In this document: positions 34,885 to 40,768 of the stretch, in pieces
Position numbering within the stretch: position 1 is the stretch's first letter
Layout: each line of letters begins with the position of its first letter
Source of the DNA: Bacteroidales bacterium
GTDB taxonomy: Bacteria > Bacteroidota > Bacteroidia > Bacteroidales > UBA1402
Direction of reading: 5' to 3'
Assembly (NCBI GenBank): GCA_045599885.1
Contig: JAZRWU010000100.1
Location: 1 to 40,768, forward strand
Length of the DNA: 40,768 bases
Program-made: the position numbers and the translations under genes
Notes under the pieces: model-generated
What the model was told of the DNA's origin: nothing
The model's input: the letters and a program-made list of their open reading frames with translations, nothing else
Databases searched by the model: none

Positions 34885-35994
34885 ATGATTACAACCGAAC
34901 AAATCAAAGAACTTCAGGATCGCGAACAAGCTTTGAAACGTTATCTCGACATTGATGGAAAAATCTCTCAATTGACCATCGAAGAGGAGAAAACCCAAGT
35001 GGCCGATTTTTGGAACGACCAGAAAGCCGCCGAGGCTCAGATGCGGAAAATCAAAGAACTTAAAATCTGGATTGAGGCATACAAAGACGTGGCTACCGCT
35101 TGCGATGAATTGCTGCTTGCCTACGATTTTTTCAAGGAAGAAGCTTTGACCGAAACCGAAATCGACCAGACATACGCGCAGACTTTATCGAAAGTGGAGA
35201 GTCTGGAGATGAAGAATATGCTTCGTCATGAGGAAGATCAGCTGGGAGCCGTCCTCAAAGTCAATGCCGGTGCCGGTGGAACGGAAAGTCAGGATTGGGC
35301 CCAGATGCTGATACGTATGTATATGTGCTATTGCGAAAGCCACAATTACAAATACCAAGTGACCAACTGGCAGGACGGCGACGATGCCGGCATCAAGACA
35401 GCCACCATCACTATCGAAGGCGACTATGCCTATGGCTATCTGAAAAGCGAGAATGGAGTCCATCGTCTGGTGCGTGTCTCGCCTTTCAACGCCCAAGGAA
35501 AACGTATGACCTCTTTCAGTTCGGTCTTTGTAGTACCTTTGGTGGACGAAAGTATTGAGATAGAAATCAAAGAGGCCAATATTTCCTGGGACACCTTCCG
35601 CAGTTCGGGCGCTGGCGGTCAGAACGTCAACAAGGTAGAATCGGGTGTCAGACTGCATTACAAATTCGTCAATCCCGTGACTGAGCAACCCGATGAAATC
35701 ATCATTGAGAATACCGAGACACGCGATCAACCTAAAAACAAAGAAAAGGCACTGCGGCTTCTCCGTTCTCAACTTTATGAATTGGAGTTGGAAAAGAGGC
35801 GTCAGGCCAATGCCAAAATCGAAGCCGGGAAGAAGAAAATCGAATGGGGCTCGCAAATCCGCAGTTACGTCTTCGATGACAGGCGCGTCAAAGATCACCG
35901 CACCAATTATCAGACTTCCAATGTGCAAGCCGTGATGGACGGAGACCTTGACGCCTTCATCAAAGCCTACCTGATGGAATTCGGAGCCGATTAA
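34885..35994 (+). CDS. prfB: peptide chain release factor 2, encoded in a single frame
   Basis: The RF2-specific SPF tripeptide is in VRVSPFNAQGKR and the GGQ motif is in SGAGGQNVNK. The N-terminus ITTEQIKELQDREQALKRYLDIDGK aligns across the E. coli frameshift site without interruption. Confidence 0.93.
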   Translation: MITTEQIKELQDREQALKRYLDIDGKISQLTIEEEKTQVADFWNDQKAAEAQMRKIKELKIWIEAYKDVATACDELLLAYDFFKEEALTETEIDQTYAQTLSKVESLEMKNMLRHEEDQLGAVLKVNAGAGGTESQDWAQMLIRMYMCYCESHNYKYQVTNWQDGDDAGIKTATITIEGDYAYGYLKSENGVHRLVRVSPFNAQGKRMTSFSSVFVVPLVDESIEIEIKEANISWDTFRSSGAGGQNVNKVESGVRLHYKFVNPVTEQPDEIIIENTETRDQPKNKEKALRLLRSQLYELELEKRRQANAKIEAGKKKIEWGSQIRSYVFDDRRVKDHRTNYQTSNVQAVMDGDLDAFIKAYLMEFGAD

Positions 35995-36001
35995 GAAGCC
36001 T

Positions 36002-38971
36002 CTAAACTTTCATCAGCACTCCTATTCCCTTCTTTCCATCCGTTTTCAGGACCATCGGGTTTTCAAAACGGTAATGGATAATGTAGTCGTTCTCAAAAAA
36101 GGGTGTGAACTGTTTCAGATAATCCATGGCAAGAAAGTTTTCCTGATCCTGAACATACGGAATCGTGTAATAATGGACGCCGAATGAGGTCAGATTCTGG
36201 AAAAAGTGCGTTCCTTGACTGGGATCAATCTGAAATTGACTGATACCCGTCTCCACTATCAGGCGCGCGCCGGCGATATGTGGCCAACGGACAGGAATAC
36301 CCAACCACGGATCGCTTGAGCCCCAACGCCCAGGGCCGACCAAAGCATAGGCACGATTCTCCTCTATCAATTGCTTGTTGATTTTATCCACCTCATAGAC
36401 CGCATTCTGATTGGTAGCGGCGCTGAAATTGTCGGACTTGACATAAACAAGATCGCGTATTTCGTTAACTATGCCCTGACCTAAAGCCAAATGCGTCTTG
36501 ATAATGCAATCCTCCGACTGAATCTGATGTAAATCTTCCCGCAGCGATTCCTTGCTGTCCACGATAGGACGGATCTGCAAAAGATAGAAAACGTGCTCGC
36601 CGTTCTCTCCACCATTCATATTGACCGCAAACTCGATTTCGACCGGACGGCCCATTTCCTCCTGTCCCAAGCTCAGCACTTTCGACAAAATCTGAGACAA
36701 GGGGAAAGCATTATTCTGAAGGATATGGGCAAAAGTGATGACTCGGCGACCACCTTCCCAAAGTCCGTCGCGGATGACCATATCGTAAGGGTCGTATGTC
36801 GATGCCAGATACTCCAAGGTGCCATCCGCTTCGGCTTCCCGCACTGGAATCGAAAGGAGATTATGCCCATCATCCACACTCAATTCACAGTTTTTATTCT
36901 TCAAATCCAAGGCGAGGAACGAAGTCTGAGTCTCGCGTAAAGCAAAATCTGTCGTGCTTAACTGAAGAATGTGATTGGGATGTTTGGGAGAAAAACGAAG
37001 CGTCATTCCACCATCTACGATATACTTGCCCAAGCCGAGAGCGACATTGGCGATACCGTCTTCGGCTTCTTCGTTTCCAATCGGATAAAAATTGAGCGAA
37101 CGGGCCACACCGGAAAAAGTGGGATAAAAACGTGTGCCATAATCCGTTCCACATACTTCCTCAATGACAACGGCCATTTTTTCCTGATCAATCACATTGG
37201 AAGTCGCAGTCATATAGGCCTTGCTCTGTTGGAAGAAAACAGAAGCATAAACTCCCTTGATGGCTGTCCGAAGCAATTTCAGCATCAAATCCGGATCTTC
37301 ATCATAAGGAATCATATAAGTGGAATATATTCCTGCAAATGGCTGATAATGTGCATCTTCCAACAACGATGAAGATCTGACGGCTATCGGCTTCTTCACT
37401 ACATTGACAAAAGCAGTCAGATTCTCAAACAGACGCTCCGGCAAATGGGCCTGTGCGAATGCATTAAGAATCTCATTGTCAGACATGTCAGATAGTGCGA
37501 CCTTATACAGATCATTCATCTCCATAAACTCGTCAAACACATCTGTACAAAGCACTAAAGTCTTGGGAATCAAGACCTGAGTATTCTCATACTCCTCCAG
37601 TTCAGGATGACGTTTGATCATGACGTTCAAGAAAGCCAGACCTCTTGCCTTTCCACCCAAAGAACCATCGCCGATGCGGGCAAAATTGGAATATTTGTCA
37701 TAGCGGCCCTTCTGGAACTCGGCGACCACACCTTGATTCTTGATTCTCCTATAGGTCACAATGGCATCAAACAACATCTGGCGGACCGGCATCGTATCGT
37801 CATAATCCTGAATGGGAATTCCTTTCATAAAACGGGCTATCGGGAACATGGCTCTGGAGAACAGCCACCGGGAGGCGTGATTCCTCTCAAAATGATACCT
37901 CAATGAATCGTCGGGAATGTCGAAAATAGCCATCTGCAATTCCTGAAGATTGTGGAATCTGGCCACTTCCTGTCCGGTTTTCGGATCTTTAAAGACAAAA
38001 TCGCCGAATCCGAAAGAATCTGTCATCAGCTGACGGAGCTCCTGCGGAAAAGTTTTGGATCCTTTTTGTATGAATCCCATCTGTTTCTCATCGGCAAAAG
38101 CCTTGTTGGCAGCGTCAGAGGAATCTATGATGATAGGAAGATTGGGCTCATACTCACGCAGATACTCGCAGAGTTTGAATCCGGCGAACATATCTTTTTT
38201 GCCTTCATGCCTGAAACTGATATCAGAAATCACACCAAGCATATTATCTTTATACCGTTCATGAATCTCAATTGCCTCCTCATAACTTCTGGCCAGCAGG
38301 ATTTTGGGACGGCCCCGCATTCTCAAAGTGCGTTGGTGCGCATTCAGTGCCTCCGTGGCAAAATTGCGCGACTGCTCCAACACATATTTATACAAATCCG
38401 GCAGAATGGAAGAATAAAACCGCACCGAGTCCTCCACCACCATAATGACTTGGACACCCACCGATCTGACATCTTTCTCCACATTCATTTTGTCCTCCAT
38501 CAGCTTGACAATGGCCATAAGCAAATCGGTATTGCCCAACCAGCTGAAAACATAGTCGATGGCCGATGTATCCGCATTCTCCAGATAATGAGATACTTCA
38601 CGAGAGAACGGAGTCAATAGGACAATGGGGATTTTCGGATGACTGGCTTTTATTCTTTTGGCACTCTCAAAACTCTCCATACTTTTGTCCCCGGGCATGA
38701 AAATAATCATCTCATAATTGTTCCTCCGGAGTTCATCGATAGCTTGCGACTCATTGCTCACCGAAGTGAAGCGCGGTGGATACCGAAGATTCAACGATAC
38801 ATATTCATTGAAAATATGCTCGTCAACCCGACCGTCCTCTTCCAAGACAAACAAGTCATATTTACTGGCAATCAACAGGATATTGAAGACGCGCTTCACC
38901 ATGAGATTGGCAAAAGACGTATCTTTGAAGTCAAGTTTCTGAAGTTGGGAATGATTCGTTTCGCTATTCAT
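36002..38971 (-). CDS. two receiver-like domains fused to a PEP/pyruvate-binding (PPDK_N ATP-grasp) domain and a ~300-aa uncharacterised C-terminal region
   Basis: REC-like 1 is NILLIASKYDLFVLEE...IVLLTPFS, with a degenerate acidic pocket. REC-like 2 is VIMVVEDSVRF...LGVISDISF...IIIDSS...IQKGS. The PPDK_N region is GDGSLGGKARGLAFLN...AVRSSSLLEDAHYQPFAGIYSTY. I saw no G-G-x-T-S-H swivel-histidine motif anywhere in the 989 aa. Confidence 0.8.
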   Translation of the reverse strand: MNSETNHSQLQKLDFKDTSFANLMVKRVFNILLIASKYDLFVLEEDGRVDEHIFNEYVSLNLRYPPRFTSVSNESQAIDELRRNNYEMIIFMPGDKSMESFESAKRIKASHPKIPIVLLTPFSREVSHYLENADTSAIDYVFSWLGNTDLLMAIVKLMEDKMNVEKDVRSVGVQVIMVVEDSVRFYSSILPDLYKYVLEQSRNFATEALNAHQRTLRMRGRPKILLARSYEEAIEIHERYKDNMLGVISDISFRHEGKKDMFAGFKLCEYLREYEPNLPIIIDSSDAANKAFADEKQMGFIQKGSKTFPQELRQLMTDSFGFGDFVFKDPKTGQEVARFHNLQELQMAIFDIPDDSLRYHFERNHASRWLFSRAMFPIARFMKGIPIQDYDDTMPVRQMLFDAIVTYRRIKNQGVVAEFQKGRYDKYSNFARIGDGSLGGKARGLAFLNVMIKRHPELEEYENTQVLIPKTLVLCTDVFDEFMEMNDLYKVALSDMSDNEILNAFAQAHLPERLFENLTAFVNVVKKPIAVRSSSLLEDAHYQPFAGIYSTYMIPYDEDPDLMLKLLRTAIKGVYASVFFQQSKAYMTATSNVIDQEKMAVVIEEVCGTDYGTRFYPTFSGVARSLNFYPIGNEEAEDGIANVALGLGKYIVDGGMTLRFSPKHPNHILQLSTTDFALRETQTSFLALDLKNKNCELSVDDGHNLLSIPVREAEADGTLEYLASTYDPYDMVIRDGLWEGGRRVITFAHILQNNAFPLSQILSKVLSLGQEEMGRPVEIEFAVNMNGGENGEHVFYLLQIRPIVDSKESLREDLHQIQSEDCIIKTHLALGQGIVNEIRDLVYVKSDNFSAATNQNAVYEVDKINKQLIEENRAYALVGPGRWGSSDPWLGIPVRWPHIAGARLIVETGISQFQIDPSQGTHFFQNLTSFGVHYYTIPYVQDQENFLAMDYLKQFTPFFENDYIIHYRFENPMVLKTDGKKGIGVLMKV

Positions 38972-39035
38972 GACATTATTGTTTCGACAGCGTGATGACG
39001 GGATGCAAGAAGCCGGCTTGCGCTAATTGTGACTG

Positions 39036-39043
39036 CAAAAATA
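39036..39043 (-). promoter_or_regulatory. -7 promoter box (TATTTTTG) for the REC-PPDK_N gene
   Basis: The reverse complement of caaaaata matches TAnnTTTG, about 65 nt upstream of ATG 38971. Confidence 0.4.
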
Positions 39044-39066
39044 ATACTTCCATAGGAAATAAGGAT

Positions 39067-39074
39067 TACCTTTG
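39067..39074 (+). promoter_or_regulatory. -7 promoter box (TACCTTTG) for the THUMP-like methyltransferase gene
   Basis: Exact TAnnTTTG match about 19 nt upstream of ATG 39093. It lies within the TTG-started extension in the track, which is therefore rejected. Confidence 0.4.
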
Positions 39075-39092
39075 CACAAAGACCTTCGACGG

Positions 39093-40310
39093 ATGGATAC
39101 CTACAGCAAAGAAAAAAATCTTGTGGCACAGCATCTCAATGATGACGTGAACGATTTCGCCTTGAAGTCGGCAAAATACACCGATTTGGATTTCCAGTGG
39201 GTACTCCGTCAGATCAAAGGGCGGCAAATCATCAGAAACAAAGTCCCGTCGTGGTATCAGAACGGGCAACTGGAGTATCCGGTGTCATTGTCTCTGGAAC
39301 AGTGTTCTTCCGAATTGACGGCGGATTATAAAAGGCAATTACTGCAAACCATTTTTCGGAATCAGGAGAAAGAAAGCCTTTACGGAGCCGATTTGACCGG
39401 TGGATTCGGAATCGATTGTTGTTTTATCTCCGATTTATTCGGACATTTTTCGTACGTGGAAATGAATCCCGAATTGTGCCGGACCGCCGGACACAATTTT
39501 TCCGTCTTGGGAAAGAACATTGACGTTTTCTGTAAAGATGCGGAAACTTTTCTTGCTGAAACCGACACTTGCTTCGATCTGCTGTTTCTCGACCCTGCCA
39601 GACGTGACATCCACGGCCACAAGGTTTACGCATTAGACGAATGTCAACCTAATGTGGTAAGCTTGCTTCCAATATTGAGACAGAAATGCCGGGAATGCCT
39701 TATCAAACTTTCTCCGATGCTGGATATCCAGTCTGCCTTGAAGCAACTGCCGGATACCCGTGAAATACACATCGTCGCCGTTGACAATGAGTGTAAAGAA
39801 TTGTTGTTTCTTCTGGATTTCAGTGAGCGACCCGAACCGAGCGGGCCCCTGATTCATACCATCAACCGGCGCAAGCACGCTGCAGATCAATCGTTTTCAT
39901 TCCATCCCAAAGAAGAAGAGCGGGAAACATCTGATTTCAGTTCTGAACTTGACACTTATTTATATGAACCCAATGCCGCCGTTTTGAAAAGCGGAGCCTT
40001 CGTTTCTGTGGGGAAGCGCTTCGGACTCAAAAAACTGCATCCGAACAGCCACCTTTATACTTCTCCTTTCCTGACAGAAGATTTCCCCGGAAGAATTCTG
40101 ACGATAGATGCATCGCTCAAGCCGGCTTCCAAAGAGACCAAACAGAAACTGAAACAACAGGCCCAAGTGAATCTGTGCACACGCAATTATCCCGAAACGG
40201 TGGAGGAAATCCGTAAGAAATATCATCTGAAGGATGGTGGGAATCAATTTCTTTACGCCACTACACTCTTTGATTCCTCACACATTCTGATTCTTTGCCG
40301 TCAAATCTGA
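39093..40310 (+). CDS. class I SAM-dependent methyltransferase with a C-terminal THUMP-like domain (putative RNA guanine-N2-type methyltransferase)
   Basis: GADLTGGFGIDCCFIS is SAM motif I and LLFLDPARRD is the motif IV region. The ~400-aa size and architecture match my recollection of the Tgs1-like/THUMP-like family. Confidence 0.7.
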   Translation: MDTYSKEKNLVAQHLNDDVNDFALKSAKYTDLDFQWVLRQIKGRQIIRNKVPSWYQNGQLEYPVSLSLEQCSSELTADYKRQLLQTIFRNQEKESLYGADLTGGFGIDCCFISDLFGHFSYVEMNPELCRTAGHNFSVLGKNIDVFCKDAETFLAETDTCFDLLFLDPARRDIHGHKVYALDECQPNVVSLLPILRQKCRECLIKLSPMLDIQSALKQLPDTREIHIVAVDNECKELLFLLDFSERPEPSGPLIHTINRRKHAADQSFSFHPKEEERETSDFSSELDTYLYEPNAAVLKSGAFVSVGKRFGLKKLHPNSHLYTSPFLTEDFPGRILTIDASLKPASKETKQKLKQQAQVNLCTRNYPETVEEIRKKYHLKDGGNQFLYATTLFDSSHILILCRQI

Positions 40311-40339
40311 CAAGAAACGGAAAGTTCAAAACAGGTGTT

Positions 40340-40768
40340 CTACTTGTACAAAAATCTCTTGATGCTGCGCTTGGGAGTTTTCTCAAACTCATGCTCAACC
40401 AGCTCAATACTGGACAATCGGCAGAAAACCGGCAGTAATTTATTGAGCCTGACTCTGTTCTGCTCCATAAGATTGACAAGACTTTCCTCATCCAGACCCT
40501 GACGGCGGACTCCATCCACATCCGCAAAGACAAGTCCGACGAGATGACTGTCGCGCTGAACCACCAACGATTCAGTTACCAAGGGCATCGTATTGAGTTT
40601 ATCCTCTATTTCTTCCGGATAAATATTCTGTCCGGAAGATCCCAATATCATCGTCTTACTGCGTCCCTTAATAAAAATATTGCCCTTTTTATCGATGATT
40701 CCCAAGTCGCCGGTCAACATCCAGCCATCTTTCATCACCGCTTGAGTGGCTTCCGGATTCTTGTAATA
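40340..40768 (-). CDS. AMP-dependent synthetase/ligase (long-chain fatty acid-CoA ligase-like), C-terminal part only; the N-terminus lies beyond the right edge
   Basis: DGWMLTGDLGIIDKKGNIFIKGRSKTMILGSSGQNIYPEEIE is the adenylate-forming enzyme A8-hinge region. The minus-strand frame is open to the window end. Confidence 0.85.
   Translation of the reverse strand, partial: YYKNPEATQAVMKDGWMLTGDLGIIDKKGNIFIKGRSKTMILGSSGQNIYPEEIEDKLNTMPLVTESLVVQRDSHLVGLVFADVDGVRRQGLDEESLVNLMEQNRVRLNKLLPVFCRLSSIELVEHEFEKTPKRSIKRFLYK

Noticed and set aside
35185-35928. 247-aa minus-strand ORF
   Set aside because: It is antisense to prfB, whose SPF and GGQ motifs fix the true frame.
37952-38620. 222-aa plus-strand ORF, plus neighbouring plus-strand ORFs inside 36002..38971
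   Set aside because: They are antisense to the 989-aa REC/PPDK_N gene and have no motifs.
1-40768. A search for CRISPR arrays, tRNA/rRNA genes, transposases, phage genes and toxin-antitoxin pairs
   Set aside because: No tandem direct repeats with spacers were seen. No intergenic gap is long enough for a structured RNA gene except 3340..3581, which is reported separately. No transposase, integrase other than xerD, phage or TA signatures appear in any translated frame.

Overview
The window is a gene-dense (about 90% coding) chromosomal core segment of a Bacteroidota genome, probably Bacteroidales. The taxon call rests on four things: the frdCAB gene order, a T9SS C-terminal sorting domain, the conserved rbfA-lolE and dut-TPR-DUF4292-M23 neighbourhoods, and the Bacteroides-type -7 promoter box TAnnTTTG upstream of 16 transcription units. 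I support 37 protein-coding calls (one is an alternative internal start), 3 intrinsic terminators and 1 inverted-repeat element. The genes are mostly housekeeping: fumarate reductase, rnhA, xerD, aroQ, rbfA, asd, dut, prfB, ybaK, aqpZ, lipid-synthesis genes, lolD/lolE, a CPA2 antiporter, a PL1 pectate lyase, a secreted nuclease, and M23 and M20 peptidases. I found no rRNA, tRNA, CRISPR array, transposase, phage gene or recognisable defence or toxin module, and no convincing novel multi-gene system. The observations most worth a second look are these. (1) A LolE/FtsX permease ORF runs with no stop codon into a signal-peptide-bearing T9SS serine protease, across an A-run junction where losing one A would restore an ATGA-coupled gene pair. 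(2) A perfect 15-bp inverted repeat bounds a 184-bp non-coding element abutting the rnhA stop, with a related copy abutting another stop codon about 37 kb away. (3) An alpha/beta hydrolase has lost its N-terminal third and overlaps a ProX-like gene. (4) An orphan 989-aa protein combines two receiver domains with a PEP/pyruvate-binding ATP-grasp module and lacks a phosphohistidine domain. Product calls are by-eye motif recognition on the supplied translations. No database search was run.
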